Both the position numbers and the translations under genes were made by a program. This document shows, in pieces, positions 27,005-36,833 of a DNA stretch of 64,000 nt. Within the stretch, counting starts at the first letter, position 1. Each line of letters starts with the position of its first letter. The DNA is from a virus (lineage: Duplodnaviria; Caudoviricetes). The stretch is taken from the IMG/VR virus record IMGVR_UViG_3300018481_000023, positions 485 to 64,484 of that record; one strand, given 5' to 3'. Under the pieces are notes generated by a model. It was not told where the DNA came from. It made no database searches and was given only the letters and a program-made list of their open reading frames with translations.

Positions 27005-29498
27005 GCATTGTCCCTTTAGGACAGGCCTTGTAGGGTCCAAGGGTCCAGAGGACTCCCCTTTTGTTATCGTGGGCGAAAGTCCTGGCACCTCTGAACTAAG
27101 GGCCGGGCTACCCTTCGTAGGCGAGTCGGGAAAACTCTTAAACGCCGTCCTAGAACAGGTTGGACTCAACTCCCTCGAGCCCAAGTGCGCCCCATACTAC
27201 GTGAACGCGCTTCAATGCTATCCTCCGCCGAAAGCCAAGGAGAATGGCGCCACAAAGATGACGGAGGCTACCAAAGCATGCCAACAACGCCTAATCGAGC
27301 AGATAGGAAAGTACCCCCGCAAGGTGATCCTCTGCCTAGGAGCAGCCGCTTCTTGGAGCGTGACGAACAGCTTTGGCATCAAGATCACACAGGAACGAGG
27401 ACGTGTACTGCCTTCCCCATATGCCTCAGAGGGCGTCGTATTAGCTGTACATCCAGCCTTTCTAATGCGTCAAGGTGGTGGCTTGCCCTTCTGGAAGAAA
27501 GACCTTGCCAGTGCTATCAAGCTGCTACGGGGTGAGGCTCTCTCAACATGGCGACCACCAACTTGGGGCCTTATCCAAACACCTACGCAACTTATCGACC
27601 TAGCTACGGAGTGCTGGAATGCCCCATATAACACGGCGGATCTGGAGACGGATCAACTTCACTGGTACGGCGGCCGCATACTCTGTGCTGGTCTTACTCG
27701 CGGTGCTGGGGATCATGTCGATATTATACCAGAAGAGGTTTTTTACCGAAACATTGGGCTTATCCGAAGACTGTTCAGTCGAGGACACTGGAGTTTTCAC
27801 AACGCGCTGTTCGATGCCACCTGGCTAGGAGCTCCCCAACACGAGATCCCTATCGAGGTAGGCGACGACACCATGTTGATGTCGTACTCTCTAAACGAGA
27901 ACCGAGGCTTCCATGACTTGGACCAAGTTGCTCAAGCGCGCATTGGGGCTCCGCCGCATAAGAAGTCCATCGAGAAGTACCTCCCCAAGAAGGGTGCCTC
28001 CTATCGCAACATTCCCCTTCCGGAGCTGTACAAATACAACGCTTACGACCTTTCCAAACAACACCTTATCCACCCCTCTCTCAAAGAAGACATCCTGGCA
28101 GATCCCCACTCGAAGAAGCTGTACTACGGACTCCTCGTACCCGCCATTCCCGAGTTCGTAAAGATGCGCCTCAGGGGTGTGCATGTCGACCGTGATATCG
28201 TCATCCGCAACCAGGGCATTCTACAAGGACAGATTGATGAGCTGGACAGGCAGATCAACGTCTATGCGCACAAGCATATTGGTCGTGCAATCAACGTTGG
28301 ATCCCCAATCCAGATGGCGGATCTATTGTATGACAGGATGGGGCTACGAATACCTGGAACCCGTTCCACGGACAAAGACACCATCATCCAGATCCAACGC
28401 CGATACGACCATCCCATTTGTAACATCCTCCTCAACCGGCGTGAGCTCGCCAAGACCAAGGGTACCTACGTCGACAATCTTCTCTGGAGGAAGGAGAACA
28501 ACAAGATCATCCTCGGAGCGGGACATCTTAAACCCGACGGAAAGGTATATCCAGATTTCAAACTACACGGGACCACTACGGGTAGACCTGCAGGGTCAGC
28601 CCCAAACCTCCTAAACCAACCTAGAGGCCCCCTCATCAGGGGACAGTATAGAGCTGCCCCCAAGAAGCTCTTCGTAGAGGTCGATGAGAACCAAGCCGAG
28701 CTGCGTTCCCTAGCCATTATGTCCAACGACGCGGTGCTCCTCGACATCTACACGAAGAACGAGGTATCCATTCACGACACTACTACCGCTGCCTTCTACG
28801 GCTCCATAGAACAGATGAGGGAGAACAAGTTCATCCTGGATAAGGTGATCATGCAGCTCCAATACCACAAAGAAGACCGGAGCCCAGAGGCCCTGTATAA
28901 GGAAGCGAAGATGCGCGGTAAGGCCGTGAACTTCGGAGTCGTGTATGGTCGAGAAGCCTACTCCTTGGCAATGGAGTTCAACATCTCCGTTCACGAAGCC
29001 CAAAGGTGGATCGATACCTGGTTTGAGACTTATCCAGGGGCTGCGAAGTTTATCCGGTGGTGTCGATCTCGTCCTCGTCTCCGCAGAGACCTTATCACCA
29101 ACTTCGGGCGTAAGAAGCGTCATGGTGTTGTGTCCCGCGAAGCACTCCATGCTATAGAGAACGAGGCCGCGAATTTCCCCCACCAGTCGACAGCCAGTGA
29201 CATCATGGTAGAGACTCTAATACGGGCTGGCCCAGTGCTCCGCGAGAGGTGGGATGCACATCCGTGGCTCGAACTGTACGACGCCGTGTACTATGAGATT
29301 GACATTGACGAGGTCAAGGTTCGAGAGTCAATCGAATATGTCCAGAGCGTCATAACTCAGGTGCCCAAAGATTATGGTCTTACTCGAGTACCGTTCATTG
29401 GGGATGCAAAGATTGGGTTAGACTGGGGACATATGAAGGATTGGAAAGGGTCGATCGAACTTACCCTCGGTGAGGAAATACTAAGGCTAGCAGCATAG
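26988..29498 (+). CDS. polA: family A DNA polymerase with N-terminal uracil-DNA-glycosylase-like domain and 3'-5' exonuclease
   Basis: CEHC, VGESPG..E...GLPFVGESG, HPAFLMR (UDG family 4-like); DLET, HNALFD, YNAYD (exo); TTTGR, NLLNQP, DENQAELR, KAVNFGVVYG, LYDA. Confidence 0.92.
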   Translation: MIQRCEHCPFRTGLVGSKGPEDSPFVIVGESPGTSELRAGLPFVGESGKLLNAVLEQVGLNSLEPKCAPYYVNALQCYPPPKAKENGATKMTEATKACQQRLIEQIGKYPRKVILCLGAAASWSVTNSFGIKITQERGRVLPSPYASEGVVLAVHPAFLMRQGGGLPFWKKDLASAIKLLRGEALSTWRPPTWGLIQTPTQLIDLATECWNAPYNTADLETDQLHWYGGRILCAGLTRGAGDHVDIIPEEVFYRNIGLIRRLFSRGHWSFHNALFDATWLGAPQHEIPIEVGDDTMLMSYSLNENRGFHDLDQVAQARIGAPPHKKSIEKYLPKKGASYRNIPLPELYKYNAYDLSKQHLIHPSLKEDILADPHSKKLYYGLLVPAIPEFVKMRLRGVHVDRDIVIRNQGILQGQIDELDRQINVYAHKHIGRAINVGSPIQMADLLYDRMGLRIPGTRSTDKDTIIQIQRRYDHPICNILLNRRELAKTKGTYVDNLLWRKENNKIILGAGHLKPDGKVYPDFKLHGTTTGRPAGSAPNLLNQPRGPLIRGQYRAAPKKLFVEVDENQAELRSLAIMSNDAVLLDIYTKNEVSIHDTTTAAFYGSIEQMRENKFILDKVIMQLQYHKEDRSPEALYKEAKMRGKAVNFGVVYGREAYSLAMEFNISVHEAQRWIDTWFETYPGAAKFIRWCRSRPRLRRDLITNFGRKKRHGVVSREALHAIENEAANFPHQSTASDIMVETLIRAGPVLRERWDAHPWLELYDAVYYEIDIDEVKVRESIEYVQSVITQVPKDYGLTRVPFIGDAKIGLDWGHMKDWKGSIELTLGEEILRLAA

Positions 29499-29502
29499 GA
29501 CG

Positions 29503-29523
29503 GACCCAAAAAATCTTTGGGTC
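29503..29523. repeat. inverted repeat / operator-like palindrome
   Basis: GACCCAAA-AAATC-TTTGGGTC immediately upstream of a promoter. Confidence 0.55.
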
Positions 29524-29569
29524 GCCTATAATTTTGGCACTAGATTTCCACCACGAAGTATGTTATAAT
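29523..29569 (+). promoter_or_regulatory. sigma70-like promoter
   Basis: ATTTTGGCAC-TAGATT-17nt-TATAAT. Confidence 0.75.
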
Positions 29570-29597
29570 GGGGTATAAGCAAAAGAGAGGACAGCGT

Positions 29598-29864
29598 GTG
29601 GACACTGACGACGATCGACCTGGTGCAATCATCCCATCTATCACGATGAGGAACTCGTTAGAGGAAGCGGCTAATAGATATTGGCGCGCTGCCCTCATGT
29701 GGAACTCACGTATTCCTACCAACTGGACGACTGGGGATATGATCCACGAGTGCGTGGATATGCAGCGGTACAGAGGGGCAGTGATCCCTCTTGTCAATAA
29801 GCTCCTGGGCGAAGTAATCCAGGGTAATTTCGTTGTTCATCGTGAGCACGAAGTAGGAGGCTAA
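29598..29864 (+). CDS. hypothetical protein
   Basis: GTG 29598 after GAGAGG RBS (the listed ATG lies inside the -10 box). Confidence 0.55.
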   Translation: MDTDDDRPGAIIPSITMRNSLEEAANRYWRAALMWNSRIPTNWTTGDMIHECVDMQRYRGAVIPLVNKLLGEVIQGNFVVHREHEVGG

Positions 29865-29865
29865 T

Positions 29866-30546
29866 ATGGTTTTGCACTCGTATGTACCCCCGGAAGATTC
29901 TCTATTGACTACTCGGGCCCTAGCTAATGAACTCGTGGCCCTTATTCCTGATAAAGACACACAGCGCATATGCGAGAAGTCCCTTCTGCTAGCCCCTGAC
30001 ATTGTTCTCTGCGTGAAGGCCTTTCACAAGCTCTACGGCTTGCCTGTTTTACGTCCTTCCCAAGCGCGAGAGGATTTCTCCCATATTGCGCCAGAACGCC
30101 TGGCCATGAGGTTCGCACTTATCGAGGAGGAGTACATAGAACTCTGCGAGGCTATGGACTTCAAGGTCGAACTGAGTTACTCCTACATGAACGAGGACGA
30201 AGAGTGGGTGCCGGCCGAAGATCTGCAGGACGCGATCGTTAACACAGAGAACCGTGACATGGGTGGTGTGGGCGATGCGTGTGAGGATCTCAAATACGTT
30301 ATCACCGGCTTCGAGCTGGAGATGGGCATCGATCCGCATGCGTGCCTGGAGGAGGTGCAGGCTTCTAACCTCACGAAGATGGGGGACGATGGTTTGCCAC
30401 TATTGAGGGAAGACGGCAAAGTGCTTAAGGGGCCGATGTATCAGGAAGCAGACTGTGACGATGCACTTCGTACGCGTGGTATGATGTGTGCCCGTCCTGG
30501 TCCGCTCTCTACTGCTCCCTATACAGAACCGGTGCTGACGGAATAG
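29866..30546 (+). CDS. MazG-like / all-alpha NTP pyrophosphohydrolase
   Basis: VKAFH, LIEEEYIEL, DACEDLKYV, EVQASNLTK, REDGKVLKG. Confidence 0.82.
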   Translation: MVLHSYVPPEDSLLTTRALANELVALIPDKDTQRICEKSLLLAPDIVLCVKAFHKLYGLPVLRPSQAREDFSHIAPERLAMRFALIEEEYIELCEAMDFKVELSYSYMNEDEEWVPAEDLQDAIVNTENRDMGGVGDACEDLKYVITGFELEMGIDPHACLEEVQASNLTKMGDDGLPLLREDGKVLKGPMYQEADCDDALRTRGMMCARPGPLSTAPYTEPVLTE

Positions 30547-30624
30547 CTCTTCACCATAGCACCCGGCCCGCTAGGCTGCGGCCCTGTGGACCAAATTGAC
30601 CAGGAGGCCAAAAGGAGAAGAAAG

Positions 30625-30777
30625 ATGGACGTACCTACACTGATAGTGCTAGCAGTTATTATCTGCCTAGCCGTTGTGTTAGCCCGGGTGTACAAGGGCG
30701 ATACGACTACGACAGCAGCGGCTGCGGTGGGGCTGGTGTTGAGTATCATCCTGCTGTTCGCACCTAACATCTACTAG
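30625..30777 (+). CDS. small two-TM membrane protein (possible holin)
   Basis: AAGGAG RBS; two hydrophobic helices in 50 aa. Confidence 0.5.
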   Translation: MDVPTLIVLAVIICLAVVLARVYKGDTTTTAAAAVGLVLSIILLFAPNIY

Positions 30778-30787
30778 GAGTACCCGC

Positions 30788-31522
30788 ATGTCAATTGACC
30801 TGGATCACGTCTACAAGGACAGCAATGGCCGTGCCGTTCGTATTATAGGCTTGTGCGGACCTAAGTACTGCGGCAAGGATACAGCTGCTAGTAGGCTGAT
30901 CCAGGTCAATGATGACTACGAGAAGCTTGTATTCCGGCGAGCTCCAATGGCCGAAGGGGTCAAGAAGATCTGCTCAGAAGTCTTCGGATGGTCCTGGGAG
31001 CTTCTAGAAGACCCTGTGCTCAAGGAAACGAAGCTGGACGCATGGCCTCACATCGAACCTCGTTGGCCTATGATGGATATTGCCAACTGGATGAGGGCGA
31101 AGTATGGGGGAGATGTCTGGTGCCGCAGATGGGCTAGAATTATGCATCAGCTTAACCATGCTTGGGGTGCACACGTTATTACCGACGTGAGATTCCCTGA
31201 GGAGGTCGATATGATCTCTTCCTACGGTGGGCTGCTTATCTATATCAACCGACCCGAAGCGGAGGAAGCTCTGGCTAAGGGGAAAGCGGCCGGCAGCGAG
31301 ATGGCTAAGAACCAATCGGAGTCTCACTATGACTTCCTGCGTAAGCAGGCGCACTTCGAAGTGAACAATACGGCTTCGGTATACTACCTTCAGATGCAGA
31401 TGATGACCTGTGTCCGCAAGCACTATGACCACTGGGCCTACTGGCCTGACCTTGTTGAACGTTACGCACTTGGAGGCCCTAATGACGAATCCGCACCACT
31501 CGCACACCCAGTACGTGCGTGA
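30788..31522 (+). CDS. deoxynucleoside monophosphate kinase
   Basis: IIGLCGPKYCGKDT P-loop; VITDVRFPEE; SES. Confidence 0.85.
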   Translation: MSIDLDHVYKDSNGRAVRIIGLCGPKYCGKDTAASRLIQVNDDYEKLVFRRAPMAEGVKKICSEVFGWSWELLEDPVLKETKLDAWPHIEPRWPMMDIANWMRAKYGGDVWCRRWARIMHQLNHAWGAHVITDVRFPEEVDMISSYGGLLIYINRPEAEEALAKGKAAGSEMAKNQSESHYDFLRKQAHFEVNNTASVYYLQMQMMTCVRKHYDHWAYWPDLVERYALGGPNDESAPLAHPVRA

Positions 31523-32219
31523 GTTAGCCGACGACAAAACCGACCCGGCCCTTGGAAAGAAGGTACGCAACTACCTAATCGAAAAAGGCCTAGTCAAGCT
31601 TCCACTACCCTCTCCGAATCCTCAGTATAATCCTCGTGCAGCGGTGCAGCAGATCTCCCAGGGCATATCTTCGGGGCTCGGCTTCCTGGGGCTCGACATG
31701 GAAGACCCGTCTCTGCGCGAAACACCGTTGCGCTATGCCAAGATGTTGGTGGGAGAATTGACGGTAGGGCTAAACTTCGATTTCTTCCCTAAGATGACCG
31801 TCATCCCTAACGGCGATGCGGAGGGTGTGGGTAGATATGACCAGATGATCCTGGAGAAGAAGATTGAGGTCATGTCACTTTGTGAACACCATCTCCAGAC
31901 CATCGATGGGTATGCTCATGTAGCTTATATCCCAGACGAGAAGGTGTTAGGCCTCTCGAAGATGGCACGTGTGACGGAGTTCTTCTGCCGCCGGCCACAG
32001 ATCCAGGAGCGCCTAACCGAACAAATCTACCACGCACTGGCGTTCTGTGTAGGCACACCTGATGTGGCTGTGGTCATTGAGGCTACGCACTACTGTATGA
32101 AGGCCCGCGGCGCTTTGCAGCACACTGCTTCGACGATTACCGACAAGCTTGGTGGTCGCTTCTTGACGGTCCCCTCTCTGCGGCAGGAATTCTTCGATAG
32201 GGTGAACAATGGCCGATAA
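31482..32219 (+). CDS. folE: GTP cyclohydrolase I
   Basis: ETPLRYAKM, SLCEHH, GLSKMAR, RRPQIQERLT, HYCMKARG. Confidence 0.95.
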   Translation: MTNPHHSHTQYVRELADDKTDPALGKKVRNYLIEKGLVKLPLPSPNPQYNPRAAVQQISQGISSGLGFLGLDMEDPSLRETPLRYAKMLVGELTVGLNFDFFPKMTVIPNGDAEGVGRYDQMILEKKIEVMSLCEHHLQTIDGYAHVAYIPDEKVLGLSKMARVTEFFCRRPQIQERLTEQIYHALAFCVGTPDVAVVIEATHYCMKARGALQHTASTITDKLGGRFLTVPSLRQEFFDRVNNGR

Positions 32220-32679
32220 AGTCATAGAGTATAAGCATCTCACCTGGCAGGAAATAGCCTGGATGATTGACATAACCATCGCCGAGATGCACCGCAACAA
32301 CTATGTGCCTTCATACATTGTGCCCATCGGATATGGGGGTATTATTCCAGCGGCGATGTTTACGTACAGGTACTGCAAGACTAGGCACGTTCCGCTTCCT
32401 ATGCTGCCTCCAGTGCTTTGTACCTCGTACGACTCGGACAATAGGCGTTCCGAGGTTAGATCTGTTTGGCCCAGAGAAGTTGGTTCTCACATCGATACCG
32501 AGGTGACCCTGTTCATCGACGACATCTGTGACTCCGGATCAACTATACGCCACATTAAGCAGACTATGCCCAAGTCCAAGTTCTTCTGCCTGGTTACGAA
32601 GGACGACGACACCCCAGATTGGTACGCCACATACGACTCAGCGCCTGTGTGGTGGGTGTTTCCGTGGGAGAAAGGATAG
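32209..32679 (+). CDS. purine (xanthine/guanine-type) phosphoribosyltransferase
   Basis: LTW, IGYGGIIPA, LFIDDICDSGST PRPP-binding loop, WWVFPWE C-terminus typical of Gpt-like PRTases. Confidence 0.85.
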   Translation: MADKVIEYKHLTWQEIAWMIDITIAEMHRNNYVPSYIVPIGYGGIIPAAMFTYRYCKTRHVPLPMLPPVLCTSYDSDNRRSEVRSVWPREVGSHIDTEVTLFIDDICDSGSTIRHIKQTMPKSKFFCLVTKDDDTPDWYATYDSAPVWWVFPWEKG

Positions 32680-32684
32680 CGTTC

Positions 32685-32984
32685 ATGTCGTCGGCAGTGG
32701 AGCGGGCCGGTTGTGCTGGTGAGAAGACGGTTCTTCCGATAGCCGGGCATTCTGGGTACTTCGTGACTAATTCGGGAGAAGTGTGGGGACCTAGAGGGCC
32801 GCGCAGACTGTTTAAGAGCGCCTATGGCTATCTACGGGTATATATCCAGCGTAAGAACTATTCCGTGCACAGACTGGTATGTGAGGCCTTTCATGGCCCA
32901 CCACCTGAAGAGGATTCTCCTGCCTTGCATCGGGATAAGAATAGATTGAACAACGTCGCCTCCAACCTGTACTGGGGACTTTGA
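32685..32984 (+). CDS. NUMOD4-HNH endonuclease (short)
   Basis: YFVTNSGEV, GYLRV, SVHRLVCEAFHG, LHRDKNRLNNVASNLYW. Confidence 0.78.
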   Translation: MSSAVERAGCAGEKTVLPIAGHSGYFVTNSGEVWGPRGPRRLFKSAYGYLRVYIQRKNYSVHRLVCEAFHGPPPEEDSPALHRDKNRLNNVASNLYWGL

Positions 32985-32985
32985 G

Positions 32986-33252
32986 ATGACACTGCCTAGG
33001 GACGAATTCTTTGGGGGCGATAGGACCTGCGGACGATGTTCGTACCATCGGGCTACAGAAGACGAGGAAGAGGACTTCGTGGCTTGTGTCTGTCCCGTGG
33101 AGGAGAATCCTATTTGGGCGATCCGCAAGTTCTCCCGGATTGGAATGAGAGACGCAGAAGCGTATAAGGGAACTCACGAATACCTAGGACAGGATCCTGG
33201 CAAGATGCGCAGTGACGACGGAGTAGCCTGTGAGGCCTTTGTTAAGGATTAG
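32986..33252 (+). CDS. Cys-rich hypothetical protein
   Basis: CGRC...CVCP...CEAF; last rightward gene. Confidence 0.55.
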   Translation: MTLPRDEFFGGDRTCGRCSYHRATEDEEEDFVACVCPVEENPIWAIRKFSRIGMRDAEAYKGTHEYLGQDPGKMRSDDGVACEAFVKD

Positions 33253-33307
33253 GTGGAAATGAAGCGGGCCAGGAGGCCATTCCAACCCGCTCCACCCTCT
33301 CATCCGG

Positions 33308-33661
33308 CTAACCGGATTCGATCCTGTCCTGCCTCTCCTTAAGGATAAGCTCCTTAACCTCCCGCATAATTAGGTCGTACAGCTCGGAGTTGGAGGACAT
33401 ATCAAGCGATGCCTCCCTAGCACGCCGGGCACGAAACTCCTCGTCTGGAACAAAGACTCGGTTTTTGGGATCCCAGAATTCATGTCCCTGAGGGAACTGC
33501 TCTACCCGAATCTCTTCCCAGCCCTCTGAGTTTGAACCGTTCTCCGTTGGAGTTTCACCCGCAGTAGTAATCCCTGCACGGAATTTCCCCTGGTGGTCAA
33601 TCAACACCCAGTGGAATAAGGGCTGCGTGAGCGATTTAGGAGGAGGAGTCATACGGGCCAC
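33308..33661 (-). CDS. hypothetical protein (tail-tip associated)
   Basis: Coupled to the tail tip gene; WDPKNRVFV. Confidence 0.6.
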   Translation of the reverse strand: MARMTPPPKSLTQPLFHWVLIDHQGKFRAGITTAGETPTENGSNSEGWEEIRVEQFPQGHEFWDPKNRVFVPDEEFRARRAREASLDMSSNSELYDLIMREVKELILKERQDRIESG

Positions 33662-36348
33662 TAGTTCACCGCCTTCGCTATCATGCCACCGACCACTACA
33701 GCGAGGCCCCAGGTTCCAGACGTGGCATCGTGCTTACCCACTAGTTGCACGTCGTAGTTGCCTGCAGCAAGAGCCCCCGTAGTCTGATTTACGGTGACTT
33801 CTCCAATCACCTTTTCTTCGAATACGGGCTCTCCGTCCATCCCTCCTCCTTGTTGAATACCTCCCCTAGACGCCATTGAGCCCGTGACCTGAGACCCGAC
33901 GTCAACCCACGTGTTGGCCCCTGCAACCGAGTACTGCAGCTTGACGGTCAGATACCGGGCAATAAACTTCGTACCATCGTAGACTGAATAGCTAAGTGTG
34001 CCCTCTGCTTTGATCTTCTGGTTGGCAGTTAGAGTGATCGTTCCTATCGGAGTAGGCTCGAGGCTAAATGGGTCAAAGGCGTTTGTGGTGACTGTTTCAA
34101 AACCTGTCCAGACGAACTGGGTTCCACTACTGCCTCCTCCACCCCCTCCAGTGGGAGGAGGAACCGCTGCATCCTGACGTTGGAAAGCAGTCTCCGCTTG
34201 GGCTGTTACCCCAGAGTTGGTCACGGTAAGAACTACCCTGCCCGCTGCAGCTCCAATAGTGTTAATTGTGATCATGCCTTTGTCGGGACTTCCGTTGGTA
34301 TTATTGACGGTACCCGTACAGGTAATGAAGTTTGCTGAGTAGGTAGTTCCATTATCGAGACGGACGTCGACTGCACCCTTTTTGACTGACGGAAGGAACT
34401 CTCTGGGCAGCTGCCCAGCGTTAGGAACCCCGAGGTAGTTCGCGGTGATGACCACCATCACAGGAAGGGTCACGATCAGGGAATAGATTGGCTGCGCCGT
34501 GGTAAAGTTTTTCCAGGCTGTCCAGGAGCTAGTGCTAGGTCCTCTAACTGAACGAGCACGGACTGAGTAGGCTGTGGCTGCGTTTAGCCCGTAGTATTCA
34601 AGAGTCTGATTCTGCCCAGAAGCTGAGGGGAGATCACTAACCGGAGTCTTTGTGGCCTGGGGAGCAATTTGAACGTGCATAGAGGTGGGCGCAATCGTGT
34701 TGGGCGCATCCATGCCGGTTACCTCCAACTGGACTCCGAAGGACTCAGTCTTCGTAGTGGCGTTGGAGGAATAGAGTGCCTCAACATCAATGATCGGGAT
34801 GGGCAGTTGGACTTGTGGAGCGTTCCAAGTAGTATCAGTCCGAGGCTTCTCATGGACTGCCGGATCCCATCCGTCGATGGTTAGCGAGGTCTCACGGCCA
34901 ATGACCATTACGTGCATGGTGTCAACGACATCCACCGTCATGGCGTCGAAGTACTTGGTCGTGAAGCCGAAGCGTGCAGAAGTCAGAGTAAACCAGTCGT
35001 TCTGCTCCATCTCCAATCCCCAGAGGGGAAGATAGAACGCGACAGTGCCTTGAAAGCGTGAGTGGTCATGAATCCGTTTGCTAATACGTTGGACACGAGA
35101 CCAGTCGTTGACCGCTGCGAAGGAGACTTGGTAGTTAAAGCGTTCTCCTCCGTCGTCTATTTCCCACTGGGCATTGGTTAGAGGCGGATAGCCTTTCTCA
35201 CTCCAGACCTCATACTCCTCAACATATACGCCTGCCACGGAGTTGTAGATCTCCGACAGGGTAGCTAGCGGTTGCCAAGACGATTCACGTGTCCAGATGA
35301 TGTCTGCATCAGTCAGGTTGAAGACCGGTGTATGCGTAGCGCCGGGCCTAATGGTGATGGCCCCTCCGCGATCGATAACACGTCCATCCATCCCTGATTG
35401 TAGCTCTAGAAGGAGGTTGGCTAGAGGCTCAGCGGAGTTAGCCATGATACCCGATTCGTATCGCTTCTGAGTGCCGAAGATCCCACCCTGTACAATTTCG
35501 TCACAGGTAGCGTAGGCGGAAAATAGCATGGCGGTATCTAGATCCCGCTCTTCTGCTCCGGCCCCGACGATTAGCTGTCCCTTACTATACCATCCACGCA
35601 TCGCCTGAGCAACTAGGATGGCAGTATTCCTCGTGAACTCCCAAGTTGAGGGGGTGGCAAGGCGATGAGAGCCAGAGCCTCCGGGCTTAGTAGAATCTTT
35701 CCTGTCGTCGTAACACTTCACTCCATCCATGACAAAAGTCAGAACTGGCTCGCCGCTCGGGAATGCATCGCCCTCGATATCGAATTGATACCGGAAGGCG
35801 GCATAGCACATATTCGTGCCCTTGTGCTGACTAGACCAACCGCCTCCTGACCAGGATATGAGGTTAGAGTCGGCGATAGGGCTTTCACTTCCGAGCCACA
35901 CGCGGCCCATCATTCTGGGGTTGTGAGCATCTGTGTAGTGACCACCATTCATTGTACGCCAACCAGTTGTAACATCACCGTCCCAGGTTAGAGAGTTCAT
36001 GCCCTCGAAGATGAAGGCAAGTGCCGTGCATGGAAGATCGCTGATTGCGATAATGCGGACTAGATAAAGGCCACCAGGCGCATTTGACGAACTACCATAG
36101 GTGAACGCCCATACGACAGATCCTCCCGTTGCCATCCGCCCAAGCATAAGCTGCCTGGGCATAGTTGGGTCAAGTTTTAACTTGAGCTCCATCCCCTGAT
36201 TGGTCTTGCCGGCAGGCCGTCTCATTAAGAGGGCAGCGGCAACGTTGATGGCAATGATTAGGATCGCGGCAATAATAATGTTCGTGACCGTGTAGTAAAC
36301 TACGGCCGTAGCTACTGCGGCAACGACGGCGACGATTGCAGGAGGCAT
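33661..36348 (-). CDS. tail tip / central tail fibre (host-specificity J-like) with FN3-like domain
   Basis: PRQLMLGR, GVKCYDDR, HRLATPSTWEFTRN; YGLNAATAYSVRARSV...SSW FN3; last gene of the TMP-Dit-hub-NlpC series. Confidence 0.8.
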   Translation of the reverse strand: MPPAIVAVVAAVATAVVYYTVTNIIIAAILIIAINVAAALLMRRPAGKTNQGMELKLKLDPTMPRQLMLGRMATGGSVVWAFTYGSSSNAPGGLYLVRIIAISDLPCTALAFIFEGMNSLTWDGDVTTGWRTMNGGHYTDAHNPRMMGRVWLGSESPIADSNLISWSGGGWSSQHKGTNMCYAAFRYQFDIEGDAFPSGEPVLTFVMDGVKCYDDRKDSTKPGGSGSHRLATPSTWEFTRNTAILVAQAMRGWYSKGQLIVGAGAEERDLDTAMLFSAYATCDEIVQGGIFGTQKRYESGIMANSAEPLANLLLELQSGMDGRVIDRGGAITIRPGATHTPVFNLTDADIIWTRESSWQPLATLSEIYNSVAGVYVEEYEVWSEKGYPPLTNAQWEIDDGGERFNYQVSFAAVNDWSRVQRISKRIHDHSRFQGTVAFYLPLWGLEMEQNDWFTLTSARFGFTTKYFDAMTVDVVDTMHVMVIGRETSLTIDGWDPAVHEKPRTDTTWNAPQVQLPIPIIDVEALYSSNATTKTESFGVQLEVTGMDAPNTIAPTSMHVQIAPQATKTPVSDLPSASGQNQTLEYYGLNAATAYSVRARSVRGPSTSSWTAWKNFTTAQPIYSLIVTLPVMVVITANYLGVPNAGQLPREFLPSVKKGAVDVRLDNGTTYSANFITCTGTVNNTNGSPDKGMITINTIGAAAGRVVLTVTNSGVTAQAETAFQRQDAAVPPPTGGGGGGSSGTQFVWTGFETVTTNAFDPFSLEPTPIGTITLTANQKIKAEGTLSYSVYDGTKFIARYLTVKLQYSVAGANTWVDVGSQVTGSMASRGGIQQGGGMDGEPVFEEKVIGEVTVNQTTGALAAGNYDVQLVGKHDATSGTWGLAVVVGGMIAKAVN

Positions 36349-36833
36349 TATGCAACCTCCTCAGGTGGAGGCTCGTCGTCGGGCTCACGTTCAATGTCAA
36401 AGCATGCTACTGCGTCTAGGATAAGCCCACGACCAATACCTGCAGTGCCTAATGCGTGAAAAATGGGTGGCTCCGCGATTCCGAGGGCGTGTGCCATTCC
36501 AAGACCTTCCCACTGGTCTCCTTCTGCCCGCACAAAAACGATATCACCCCGATGAGCAAAGGCTATAGGCTTTTTCCGGAAGTTCTTCCGAATAAGATCC
36601 TCCAAGTCATCATAGCCGGCACGTTTGATCTCCATGTACGCGGTGTACGGGTCTTTGATGTCGCGGAGGCGGCCGTATACGTCACGTCCAGTTTGTTCTC
36701 TAACGGCACCGGATACCCACTTCCCGCAGTTCTGATTCTCCCAGTCACACGAAGTCCCTGCCTGCATAGAGGCAACGATATACTCCGTGAGCTTCTGTGC
36801 CCAATCCCAACGCCGTGGGTAACGTGACTTCAT
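36348..36833 (-). CDS. tail-associated NlpC/P60-like protein (DUF6950-like)
   Basis: WENQNCGKWVSGAVREQTG, AHRGDIV, HALGI. Confidence 0.72.
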   Translation of the reverse strand: MKSRYPRRWDWAQKLTEYIVASMQAGTSCDWENQNCGKWVSGAVREQTGRDVYGRLRDIKDPYTAYMEIKRAGYDDLEDLIRKNFRKKPIAFAHRGDIVFVRAEGDQWEGLGMAHALGIAEPPIFHALGTAGIGRGLILDAVACFDIEREPDDEPPPEEVA

